A DNA stretch of 47,078 bases from assembly GCA_013115145.1 (NCBI GenBank), contig JAAPAO010000249.1:1-47078 (forward strand), in the 5' to 3' direction. The translations under genes were made by a program, and so were the position numbers. Below the pieces are notes generated by a model. That model saw only the letters and a list, made by a program, of their open reading frames with translations, was not told the DNA's origin and did no database searches. This document shows positions 31,145-44,346 of this stretch, one piece after another (positions within the stretch are counted from its first letter, which is position 1; every line of letters starts with the position of its first letter). This stretch comes from Perkinsus chesapeaki ATCC PRA-425 (lineage: Eukaryota; Protista; Perkinsozoa).

Positions 31145-33768
31145 TTAACCAATAACCCCATCATCGGGAGAAGGCTCATCAAGCATGTCAAATAATGATC
31201 TTTTATCAAGAGGACATCGTACATTTGTTGGATCCTTCTGAGATGCTGTCTTGAACCATCTTTCAATACATCCTCTATGATACCTAATAAACAACAGTGT
31301 TGCAATAATATATTAACAAAAGGATTATCCTACCGATGCTCACATGGTAACTCTAGAACAGCTTGTCTAGTCTTCATTGGTTCAAGGCATATCGTACCTA
31401 TTAATAATATATACTTAAACCATAACAACCACCCCCTTCAGTACATTCTCGAAAGTCTTTCGTATCAGGATCCAAATCAGTCTTCTTTATTATAACCCTT
31501 TTACACTTTTTTAATATCTAATAATATTGCATCCAGTGATTTACTATATATTAATTTTACCGCTGGTATTGATGGTGGTGGTGAACCCCTACCACCACGT
31601 GGAGGAGGGGCTATTCTACCACGCAAGAGTGCTTCAGCAATTGATGAATGATAAAGGTGATTAGGTTGGTGTTGGTTATTATTATGTGGTGGTAGACCAA
31701 ATCCTAATGGCATATACCAATTAAATGCCTAAATAACGATGTAATGTATCCGAATATTCCGAATTATCTATTATATACTATTACTAATAATCCTTCATGT
31801 ATCCCATTATCGAATGCAATATGTCCTCCTCCTCCACCAGCTCGATTCTGTGCACCATACCCTTGTTGAAGATAACCAGCCCGTCCTCCTCCTACTCCAG
31901 CACCACCAAGATGTTGATGACGTCTATCATTACGACGACGAAGCAGGTTACTAGAATACAATAATAAAATATATAACGACTACTACTGCTACCCTTCACG
32001 GTTTATTAATCTTTGACTTCTTAAATGACTCAATGTGTTAATAACCTGATAATAATGACAAGTGTTTGGTTCGAACCTACGCCCTTCCCTCCCTCCCTCC
32101 TCTGTACCCTATCAACTTCTCCATCATCATTTGCTACTTCTTCTTGGAATATAACATCTATACCAATATCACCTGGTCTATACCTATATTTAATAATATA
32201 TTATTCCATATTATCGTTATTATTATAATTACATTGCTCTACTCTGTGATGTACATTCAACATGAACTGATTTAATAACACTTCTACTATGAAAACAGAC
32301 TACTGTAGAATTTAATGCTATCCTTTGGTGGCATACCTGATGATGATGATGGTTAAGTATGATAACAACGTAAATCATCATCACATAATATTATTATTAT
32401 TATTACATCACATCTTTGACCATTTCCTCTTGGGTATCGAATAGCATATAATGGATGATGATCATGATCATGATGATAATCGTTATTATTATTATCCAAA
32501 TCTCTCAATGGTGGTATATTACCCCCAGCATATCTTCGTACACCCTAAATGATGATGATAGCTGCTGCTGCTGCTTGGTGTTATTATAAATAGTCATTAT
32601 ATGTATTACCCCAGCTCTTAGCCTTTCTCTATTAGCCCGATTAACAAATGCATTAGGTAGTATATGATGCTGAACCTCTTGAGGAACATCATCATCATCC
32701 TCATTTACTTGATGATGATTAATAAAGTTGCCATAAACAGGAGGTGGAGGAGGAGGTGGAGCAGGGGCGATGTCAAGATGACGATCAAGTGCCTTAAGAT
32801 ATGGTGTATGGTAATGATACGGCGGGTAAGTTGGTATTATTACATTTAATGCGTTATTATCTAATAATCCTCTATAATGCCTCCTTACCTCCCAATTAGG
32901 ACCTTCAACTATTCCTTCACCAATAAACTCTACTCCACTATCATCATCATCACTGCCGTCCTCAGCTTCATCTTCAGTTATTGCTATCGCCCCACCAGTA
33001 TCACCATTGATAACAACTTCAACATCATCTATCATTAACTATCTATACCACCACCGTCCTCCTTTATTACCATCTTCATCTTCATCATCCTCTGACCCCG
33101 AGTCTGATGATACTTCTAATACTTCATTATTATTAACAACATCATCATCATCAGATATATCAATAATATCCACTTCTTCTTCATGATCATCCTCTTCTTC
33201 TTCACCACCACCACTATCTTCAGCGGGGGTGGAGGCGGCGGCTACTGCTCCCCCTCCTTCTTGTCCTTCTATAGGAGGAAGAGGAGGAGCCTAATATAAT
33301 ATCCATTATATATCAAAACAACAGAAGGAGCAGCAGCAGCAGCCTTACAACAGCAGGAGCCGTCTGTGTTGAACTACTGGATGATGCTTGATGTTGTTCT
33401 TGCCCTTGTCCTATATATAGATATCCCCTAATTGATATCCTTCTTATTAATACCTTCTGTCATTCCTCCTCCCCTTCTTATTATTATCCCTTCTTCTTCC
33501 TCCTCCCCTCTACTTCTTGTATTATCCCCTTTAATTGGTGCTGTTGTTCCATTATGCATTACTATATTATATCCTATATATATCCTTTAATATCATCATA
33601 CGCACCACCTACTTATTTACCTTCTATACGTTGCCTCTTCCTCTTCGGTGACATATCTAATCATTAATATATATATGATAACTATATATCCTTATTACCT
33701 AAATCATGGTAGCCCTCTCCTACTCCTCCTACTCCTCTTCTTGTTGTTGTTGTTGACTCAATAACCAT
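31145..33768 (-). CDS. RING-H2 E3 ligase-like protein with a long low-complexity (D/E-, P-, RG-rich) N-terminus; 5' end approximate
   Basis: Spliced C-terminus FREC|TICLEPMKTRQAVLELPCEHR|YHRGCIERWFKTASQKDPTNVRCPLDK. Upstream exons correspond to ORFs 31501-31713, 31764-31961 and 32505-33035. Confidence 0.75.
32068..32084 (-). other. Short tRNA T-arm/B-box-like fragment
   Basis: Minus strand GGGCGTAGGTTCGAACC. Confidence 0.45.
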
Positions 33769-33853
33769 CTTAAGTCTAATAAATACCATAATTATATAAC
33801 CATCCAACACAACCATTGATCAACATAGATTGAAATTAACTATATAACCGTTA

Positions 33854-34720
33854 TCATGATGTCACATGCTGTTGTCCTTCCTCTTTCAGACTGGCCCCCA
33901 CCATCATCCATTCTGGTTTATCAACTTCAACCTTAAGGTCCTTCCTAATCACCTTTAAACCATTTAATAACATAACTCGACCTAAACATGATCAATACCA
34001 CCACCACGATCATCATCATCATCAACATCTCCCTTCCTCCATCCTCACCAAGTTGTGTAAAGTGATTATCAAATATCCATATTTTATCAAGTCTAGGTAA
34101 TACACTAGTGGACTTACAACACAGTCTACTTACTAATGATTGTACCTATTTATTATAACTAGTACTTTCAATAATCATCATTATTACTACCCCAATATCT
34201 TTTATATTATTTGAACTTAGATCAATAAATGTAACTGTATTATTATGCCTTTCTATTAATATATCAATAAGTGTATTTATAAAACTATCATTAATACTGG
34301 TATATGATAGCCTTACATCGCTTATTGTACCATCCTCAGCCTACCCAATAATAACAACAACAACTATCTACTGCTAATGCTACTGCTACTGCTACTGCTG
34401 CTACTGCTGCTATATTACATTTATTATATCTTTCCATCTTTTAGATTCAATAATAATCTTATTATTTACCTCAGTATTATTACTACTTGTATCCATTTCA
34501 TCCATATAACATTGTGGATTATTATATTCACTATTTTTAGGATATTCGGTTGTATACCTTATAATACACTCCAACATACACCTCCTTATAAATTATACTA
34601 CCATGGTGCTTTATCAGGATATTTACCATTATATCCATTTATAATATTATCTCTTTTATGTATAACATTATTCATAGCATCATTAACCTTACAGTTCATA
34701 ATGTATCTTATATTAATAAT
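33854..34720 (-). CDS. Leucine-rich-repeat (RNase-inhibitor-like) protein, partial model; 5' end probably nearer 35000-35200
   Basis: Exons VRLSYTSINDSFINTLIDIL, TFIDLSSNNIKDIG, LDKIWIFDNHFTQLG and RVMLLNGLKVIRKDLKVEV..HVTS*. Confidence 0.5.
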
Positions 34721-35219
34721 AAGTAATATATTAATTATTATTACTATTTACTCATCTCTCTTTTTATTATCTATTAACTTATTATCACCCTCTTTACTTC
34801 CCTCATCGCCATATAATGGTTTATTATTATTATTAAGAAAGCCTTTATTTAATATCCTCCTATTGCCAGCAGCCCTTCCTCCTCCTCCCTTAGTAGGTGA
34901 TAACTCCTCAATAATAACCATATTACTATTAATAATTATAAATAACACAATATTATATATCATACTAGGATAATGTGATGATGATGTTGATGCTTTTATC
35001 TTCTACTACTTGAAACTTGATTTATCAGGTATTGTTGTAAGATAGGTTAATAACAATAATAGTAATTATTATAAGTAATAATGACGATTATCACCTTAAT
35101 TCTGTTAATGCTGGTAAATTACTGTTATTGTTGATATAATCTATCATATTTACTCAACCTTAACCGGAAACCTGTATAATATTATCAACTTATTATTATT
35201 AATATTGTATTTACCTGTA

Positions 35220-36306
35220 TTATCTTCCTCCTTGTCCTGCTCCTGCTGCTGACCCTAACCCTAATAATGTATTCTGCTTTTCAGGTATATACATAACATT
35301 AGGTGACTTAGCCAATGTCTCAGCAATCTCACGTGCAGCATCAATCCTTCTAACCTATCATCAACATCATCATATATAATAATAACAGTTTTTACCTCAA
35401 TAAGACCAGTACCATGTTCCTTTAATGCCTTAGATATCATCTTAGCTGCTTCAGCTTCACCTTCAGCCTTAATAACAGTAGCAATCCTCTCCTGTTCGGT
35501 CTCTAACAATAAATATGAGTATCCTACAACTAAATATTATCTACTTACTAGCAACTACGAACTTCTGTCTTTCAGCTTCTTGTTCAGCAACTTGCTTCTC
35601 TTCAATAGCCTTAGCAAACTCCTTACCATAATTTAAATGGGTTATAGCAACATCATCCAATGCAATCTAATGATGATATTAATCAATATAATGACTGCCA
35701 TATTGTTATTACATCAAATGCTTGACATCTATCAACTACAGCATTTCTTATTTCGCGTGATACTTTCTCTCTTTGTGTTAATAGTTGTTCTGCATTATAA
35801 CGAGCCACTACTGCTTTTAAAACCTCATTTCCAACTGATGGTAATACTCTTTCAGCATAATCAGGTCCAAGCGATTTATGTATAGCAGGTAAACGATCAG
35901 CAACAGGACGATATAATAGCCTTACATGTATAGTAGCCATCTGTAAATCCTTTGTACCTATTATAATCATTAATAATATTAATAATATCAATAATACTAC
36001 CTGTTGTTGTTTGGATAAGCTTTGGTTTAATCTGTATTGAATATATTTGTGGCCGTTGAAACCAAGGTACTCTCACATGAGTACCTTCACCAAATATTTT
36101 ATCGGATACACCTCCAAACACCTGAATATCTAAGGTTAAACCGTGCAAGATACATAATAGGTTACATTCCACATAACAGCTCGTTGTCCACCATCAACAT
36201 TAAAAAGACATGTATTGCAGAATAAACCGACCCCTCCTGCACCGAATGCTGCTAAAGCCAATCCAGATAGGAACTTATCAGCTCCAGCTGATGATGCACT
36301 CGCCAT
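35220..36306 (-). CDS. PHB1: Prohibitin 1
   Basis: [102 protein letters not shown] and [23 protein letters not shown]. Confidence 0.93.
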
Positions 36307-36458
36307 TCAAGAGGAAGGAACAGCAACAACTATTAAACAATACATCCAACTAACAACAACAACGTGATTCACGAGCATTATGGTAAAAGCGCGCGCCATT
36401 CTAATCGATTTGCTGCGCACCTACTACCTACTGGGCTTGGTTATACAGGTTTGAAGTG
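36307..36458. promoter_or_regulatory. Putative bidirectional promoter between PHB1 and CASP
   Basis: Only 152 bp between divergent ATGs, with a GC-rich island (GCGCGCGCC, GCTGCGCAC) in AT-rich surroundings. Confidence 0.5.
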
Positions 36459-38981
36459 ATGGAGGGGAATGTTGAAGTAGATGGGGATAAATGGAAGTAA
36501 TAATAACTTAAATATAATATTAATGATATTATAATTAGATCCCTTAACTTTACATTATTATTGGAGGAGATGGCAAATTCTATTAATTTAATGGTACAAT
36601 CAAGAAAACGTAGTTTAGAATCTAAAAAACAACTTGCTGAACATACTAGTAAGTTAATATATAATAATATATTAACAACAACTTAGAGATATTTCAAAGA
36701 CAAATATCAACATCTGATCATGTACCATTTGGTGCATCAAATGATGAAGAATGGAATGAATTATTAAAGGAATATCAATTAGAGATCGATACACTTAGTC
36801 GTAGGGCAAAACAAGCCGAAACATCATTTAATAAATTATATGAGTAATAATATTATTATAATAATATAATATCCCTTTAAAGGTTACTTAAACCTTTACC
36901 TGATCCAGTAACATTTATACAAAGCACTGATTTAAATAATGTTATGAAGATAAAGGACGATGAGATAGGTCGGCTACATAATAAAGTATTAATAATAATA
37001 TTATCATTAATAATGTGTTATTAGTTAAATGATCTAGAGAGTGAATTCTCAACACTTACCAATCAAGCTGTTACTGTACGTAAATTGCGTGAAGCATTAA
37101 ATGATAAGGATAATGATATTAATAATAAGATTGACGAGGCATTAATAAAACAAGAGAAGGATTTTATAAAACGAATGGAGAATAATAAATTAGAATATGA
37201 AAAAGAATGTGAAAGGTTATATAATGAATTGGTTAATGAACGGCAAAATATTAAAGTATTAAATGAACGTATTAAAAGTAAAGATGAAGAACATATAAGA
37301 AATAATAAAATAACTGATGATACTATACAAGCATTAATGGCAGAAAATGATACATTATCATCAGTAATAATCATTATATATAGAGTTAAGATATAATTAA
37401 TTATTAGGATATAGATAGGTTGACAGCGGAGATTCAGACGTTAAATATAGAAATTAAATTGAAGGGAAATAATAATGAAGTTAATAATGATGTTAATTAT
37501 AAAAGGTAATAATAATTATTACTATTATAGTTTGGGTTAGTAAGGGTAGTATCAGGTTAGTGGATGAGCTTGAGTATGAAAGAGAACGATGCGAAACATT
37601 GAACAAAGAAATGGATGAATTAAATAGGGTTAATAAAGAATATGATAATATTATTAATAATATGACAGAGAGGGAGAATAAACTAAAGGAAGAATTAATT
37701 ATAAAGGAAAGGGATATTAGTATGGCTAATGAACAAGTTAAACGATTAAAACATGTAAAGGATGAATTGGAAAAGTATGTAAAATATTTAAGAGTAAAGT
37801 TTGTAGGGCCCAATTCTTGTTGTTAGGTGTAAATCCAAGCTAAATGTGATGGAAATAGTGGAATATAATGCCAACCCTGCTGAAGGTACAACTGATCTAG
37901 AAATAATGTTATTGGGAAAGGTAATGAATATTGATAATATAATGGTTATTGTTGATAATAATAATAATAAGGTAAGAAGTTTAGAAGGTCAATTGGCACC
38001 TCTTAGAGCTAAGTTATGTGATTATGATGATATAAAAGTAAAGTTAGAAGAGAAAGTTAAGGAAATACATTTATTAAAGGATTTATTGGAGAAGGTAGAA
38101 AAGTATAATGTTATAATAGCAAATAATAATATCTTAAATAATATTCATCAGGGCAGTGGCAGTGCTGATGGGGGTGAAGGTGGTGATGGTGGTGGTGGAT
38201 TAGGCAGTATGTATCAGCACAGTATACCTTATAGTAAAGAAGAAGGGACACCATCATTATTGGATATAACTAAACAACAACGTGATCATTTAAAAAGTAG
38301 AGTATTATCATTAGAAGCAGAAAGGGATACATTAAGAATTGATATAAGTGAGAAATGTAGAAAATGTGATAAATTATATAATGATAATATTAAGTTACTT
38401 GAACAAAAAAAGTAATAAAGTTTTATTATTAATAATAATAATATTAATAATAGATACTGGCAATCTATGAGTAGTAGTGGTAATAATATGATAAATGTTA
38501 AACATAGAAAAGGTATTAAATATATTATATGGGAACATGATAGTAATAAATAGGTCATATAGTAAATAGTGATGATGATGATGATGATGATGATGACCAA
38601 GGAGTCGAATGTGGTGGTGGTGGTCGAGATGTGGAAATGATATATATGCCTGCTTATAATGAAGAAGTTATATTATCACCATATGATACATTTAAGAATA
38701 ATGAAAGACAAAAAAGGTTAATGGCTTTACCGAAAGGTGAAAGGATAATTGTAATAATATTATTTATTATTCTGATATTATTATTAATGCAAGGTACAAG
38801 TTTTAACAATAATGGTTGGTAATAGATTTATTAGGATAATAACTGGTATATATCTTGTAGCTTTACATATGTTAGTATTTATTGTATTGTAATAATAATA
38901 ATAAATACTAATTATCATAATAGTAGATACAAATTGATGCGAATATCTTTAACCTATGACAAGACGATAAATGATATATAA
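36459..38981 (+). CDS. CASP: Protein CASP (CUX1 alternative product/Coy1-like golgin), multi-exon
   Basis: KEYQLEIDTLSRRAKQAETSF, LPDPV, EFSTLTNQAVTVRKLRE, SLLDITKQQRDHLKSRVLSLEAE, LYNDNIKLLEQ, LSPYDTFKNNERQKR and a His-containing C-terminal TM IYLVALHMLVFIVL|YK. Confidence 0.85.
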
Positions 38982-39193
38982 TAACCACATAATGTACCAC
39001 ACATTTCACTATTATTATTATCATGGGTTGTGTTGCTATTTAATATACTAAATAACTAAATAATATATATTATTAAATTAGTATATAACATTACAGTTCA
39101 GTCGTAAGTAATGGTGTTAGTAAATGTTAACTTATAATCATCCACTTTAATTAGCCACGCTTATTCCTTATTCGTATTCTTGATGATATATTA

Positions 39194-39804
39194 TTATACC
39201 TGGAACACCACATCTATTATTCGATATATAGTGTAGGTATAGTAATGATAATACCGTGATGGTGTTGATAATGACCGATATCGATGATGATGTTGATGAT
39301 GTTTATTATCATCATACCTTTTATTAATTGATCTTCTTCGTTTATATTGTTCTTCATACCATAATGAGTAGTGTGTACCATTATATAATTCATTAATAAC
39401 AACATTAGGTTGATTAGCTCTATTAATATCTAATTGATATATACTACCATATGTCCCTGATGGACTAGTATATGGTCTTATATCAATATTATTAATAATA
39501 TTATTATATTTACGTGGCGGCCAATATGATGTTGATAACATCCATGGTAGATCTTCACGCCATAACCTAATATAACATATTAATATTAATCAATTAACCT
39601 AACAATTAATAATACCAACCTTCCCTCTGCCCTTTCTATATAATTATCTTTATCAATACTATGACCATATATACAACTTGGTATTAATAATGTACTTGTA
39701 TTACTGCAATACATATTATCTAAAGGTCTATTCATCCCACCACTATTAGACCATAGAGGTACACCACTGTGACGTCCGATTGGACGCTGACCGTATGATG
39801 ACAT
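39194..39804 (-). CDS. Hypothetical protein, multi-exon
   Basis: MSSYGQRPIGRHSGVPLWSNSGG..ERAEGR|LWREDLPWMLSTSYWPP|RPYTSPSGTYGSIYQLD joins in frame across GT-AG introns. Confidence 0.55.
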
Positions 39805-39889
39805 TATAAGGAGGAATGCTTAACGATGAATATATTGATAAACAGAAACATAACATAAATAATATTAATGACAACAATGGAAATGTATT

Positions 39890-42800
39890 TTAATTTTTTT
39901 TCATTATCATAACTACATTTTGTCGACATAAAGGGCATACTTTACCAGCATTTGATGATAAAGCACAGGAATAACAACATACATTATGACCGCATCTTTC
40001 AAGACGACAATCGACCGCATTATTGTAACAAATCTTACCTACAACAATAACAGCAATATATATTATTATATAATGTTATTACATATATTATTAGGATCAA
40101 TAGTGGTATTGTTATTATCTCGTATTAAATTATCAATAGTATTAATCTTTTTATGTGGTGTTCTGAATGTTGATAATCTAGCTCCAATGACAGAAGAAGA
40201 TGTGCGCCGTCGTCCTCTATTATTTACTGTATTAACAACTTGATATATAATGTTATTAATAATACCTTTCTTTTTAACTTTATCATCAATTTCGGATTTA
40301 TTATTATTCCCTAAAAGAGTATTGATATACCATACTGTTGGCATCATCATCATCGTTATGCTGATATGTGGTGTACCATCAATATTATCAAAGTCCTTTA
40401 AACGCTCCTCTGCTGTATATACCTCCACACTTAAAGGTAATCTTGTAGTAGTATTATGATCTAATGTTATTAATTTATTTAATATTATAACTTATATATT
40501 TACCTTCATTATTAGTATACTCTTTATTATTATTGTTTATTAATAGTAACGATCTATTTATACGTTGTAATTCAGCTTGAAAAGGTCCACCAATAGTTGA
40601 TACACCATAACAAAGAACATCAATAATATACATTGCTTGAGGTGATGGCAAACCATCAGATAACACCCGACGTATCTTAATATAATAACGAATGTGAAGG
40701 AGTTATTATTATAATAGGAATTAATATTAATACATCATCTTCTCTATATCCTTGCCATGTTAAATCTTTTGTTAAATTATCTTTAATACTTCTCATGAAA
40801 GTCTAAACATAACATTGTAATATAACAACATATTCATCATCATCATCAACTACAGGGAGCTGAAAGGAGGATGATGTTGATTCCCCTTCTTTTTCTTCAG
40901 TTGATGATGATGATGTTAGAGCTTTATACCTTGCCAACTAAATAATATATTATAAAATAAATATTATTATTAATGTTGTTAACTACTTTAAAGTTCTCCA
41001 TCATCTTATGTCTATTTATGGCATTTTGTATACTTGTATTACTATTATTGTTTCGTTTAGATAATGTTGTTGTTGATTTGCTATTTCTGAACCCGGTAGT
41101 AGTATTATTATTGTCATCAGCTTGGTTCGGAATATCTTTATTTCGTGGTTGTATACCTATTACAATCATATCATTATAATTACTACTACTTAGTTAACGG
41201 TAGTAGGTTAGTAGTCCCAGTAGAGGTAGTAGGTATTACCACGTTTTTGAAAATAATTAACAACTTCTCTCGGTATCTCCTCTAAAGTAGCTACAGCTAA
41301 TTCTTTATACCCTTTATCTTTATATTCATTAAATGGTACAAACTGCACCTTAAATGATAATAATAATAATAACAGGGTGGTTTCCAATAAATAATAATAA
41401 TAACGATTATTAATATTAATATATTACTATATCTCTTTCCATTGAGCAACCTGTCTTACTTGACACTAATAATGTGTCATCTGAATCTAATAGTTCCATT
41501 TGACTAAAATCACCATCACCAACACCAACCTAATAATAATATTAAATATAATAATATGTTTTAATAATATTAATAATACAATAATAATTGACATAGGTGT
41601 TTTACTGCTTTCAACTATCTCATCAATAGTATCATTTATATCATCAATTGAGCCATCGGTAATAAGTAATAATATGAAATATTTTTGTTCAGCGTTGGGG
41701 TCGATCGGTATTGGTAACTATTTATAATAATAGTACCACTACAATAACAAATATAATAATAATAGTATGATGTTGATAATTACGCCTTTATCATCAACCA
41801 ATTCACTCATTTGAATACTATATTCATTTGACCATTCTCTGCATACTTTAATAACTTCATGTAATCTAGTTGGTCCATGTAATGATGTTACCTACTATAA
41901 CTATATTATTATTAATAATAAATTATTATAATAATATAATCTTAGCTTGTAATGCTTTTCTATAAGCATCTATAATACCATCAACACCGAATACTTCTGG
42001 ATCAAAGAAGTTACCTTTAAGACTAAAACAATCACCTAAATAACAATAATCAATTATTATCATCATCATTGATGTTGTTGTTGTTGTTACTATAAAATGT
42101 GTATGTTGGTGGTAGTTTAGCACCAAACCCGAATACTGGATATTTTCTATCAGAATCATAATTCTCAAGTATCTCACCGACACTTCTTATAGCCATAACC
42201 TGATGATGATGATGATAAGCATAATTCATATAGAGAATATGACATAGTCATTTGGAATACTAGTATCACAATTATGTAATGAATTGTTGTATCTCGGATC
42301 ACCATTAGATCTTGTAAAATCAATACCAACCAATAAACTAACTTCAAGTCCTCTGAACAATAATAGTTACTAATTAGTTATTATTGTCAATAATAATACT
42401 ACTACCCTAATACATAGTCTAAGAATGAACATCGCTTTTGAATGGTAACTTGTTCAATATTAAGGTATCCAACTCTTCTTGGTGGTGGTTCAATAATTGC
42501 TGCATCGTCGTCTTGTCGATATCTCATATCATTACTATCATCACGATTATTATTGAATAATAATGCTACTCCTCTCTAATAAAGATAAGCACCACTTATT
42601 AACACTTCTTCTTCTTGTTCTTGTTATTACTTTAGTCATATTTATTATATGTTTAATAATATTGAATGATGATGATGGTTTAGGGTCATAAAGTGATAAA
42701 GTTAAATGACGTTTAGTTATAAATACCCGATAAAGATCATTATATGTTATACGACATACACCCATAAAATCACTTTCACCACTTCTATTCCAATCATTAA

Positions 42801-44346
42801 CCTATAACCAATAAGTATAAATGATAGTATTAGTAGAGTATGACCTCGATGTAAATATATCTATTCTCATCACCATGACAAAGTTGATGCATAGATAATT
42901 GAAATGTATCCCATTTAGGTGTTAATGTACTCATTATTGCTTCTGATTTATATATTGGTACTATCTAATAATAATATACCAACAACAGCAACAGCAGCAA
43001 CAACAACAACAACAACAACTTCAGCAACCCATAACGGCAATCCTTACAGTATCATCTTTAGTATAATTAAATGCATTGATCTCTCCTCCTCGTCCTCCTT
43101 GTATTAATGCTGTTCCCCTATTCATTACACCACCAGTACCAATAGTATTATTAACATGTGCTCTTTTGGATATACTATTTGATCGATATATAATAAAATA
43201 ACTACTATGAAGCTTATATGTAAATAATATATTATTAAATATTATATCATTATTACGGATCACTTGATCTCGATATTCTGTCTTTTATTGGTAAATCTTC
43301 AGCCGTTATCTTAATTATCTAATAATATTAATACTATTATTATTCAACTATTATTGTGATTATGATGGTTTGGTCTATAATATTACAACTGTATCTTGTA
43401 CTTTATTAAGTTCACTTGTATGAATAATAATATCCCCAATATAATTCTTATGCGTTTCGCTACTATACGATGTTGTTGCTGCTACAGCAGCTTTTTTCAA
43501 TGCTCTTCTATATTCGCGTTTACTTCTTGCTGTTGATGAGGTTATACCCCCACCAACTACCTAATACATATGTATAATGTTATTAATAATATTGTTTAAT
43601 ATTACTTCACCTATTGTTGTATTAATTAATCCTATTAAATCTTTATCATATACTTTATAATTATTATTATTCGACACTACGGAGGGATTAGGGCAATTGT
43701 AGAGATTGAATTGTAACTAGTATTATCAGCATCATTAAAAGCAATAATACCAATAATAATAATAATAATACATAAGTTTGTCTTTCAAATACATAATCCA
43801 CTATAATACTTTTAACAAATCTTGGAGATTGTGTGCTTGTAACTACTTCTGTCCCTAAATAACAATAATACTAGTACTATGTTATCATCATTAGTATTAT
43901 TATTATAATGATTACTACTTCCTATTTCTTTCCAAGGCCCATCTTTATCAATACTAATCTTAACTATTATTAAACAATTATCTATAATATTATTAAGTTG
44001 TATTAGTATAAATAATACTAGCTACATTTCTTTAATAAATTAACACATATAACATTCATTTCAACCTTGCTTGATAATTCTCCACCATCTTCAATTCCTG
44101 ATCCTATCCTTGGTATGTTTCTTTCTAATTCATCTTTAGAATGTTGCCCTATACCCGCTGCCCCTGTTATATAGTCTTCATCATATTGTCCTATTATTAT
44201 ACAATTAATACTATATGTACTCTATTTATTATTATTATATTAATACTTCCTTCTAGTGTTCTTGTAGCAAATACTGCTGCATCATTAATTTCAATTTCTT
44301 CTAATTTTGCATCTCGCGATCTTATAGCGCTTTGGTTGCTACCCAT
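39890..44346 (-). CDS. Copine (C2A-C2B-vWA) with an N-terminal myristoylation motif and a C-terminal RING-HC finger
   Basis: MGSNQS start; C2[35 protein letters not shown]; C2[35 protein letters not shown]; v[54 protein letters not shown]; RING C|[30 protein letters not shown]. Confidence 0.85.

Noticed and set aside
4642-32084. Complete tRNA genes at the GTTCGA sites
   Set aside because: No D-arm, A-box or anticodon arm upstream of any copy, and most host introns are shorter than a tRNA.
34377-34973. 198-aa plus-strand I/L/Y-rich ORF, and similar ORFs such as 6-398, 17097-17306 and 38286-38600
   Set aside because: Antisense or off-frame shadows of AAT/TAT-rich real genes, with no recognisable motifs.
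36459-38981. CASP lacking CUT and homeobox domains as a novelty
   Set aside because: Stand-alone CASP/Coy1 golgins are the normal state outside animals.
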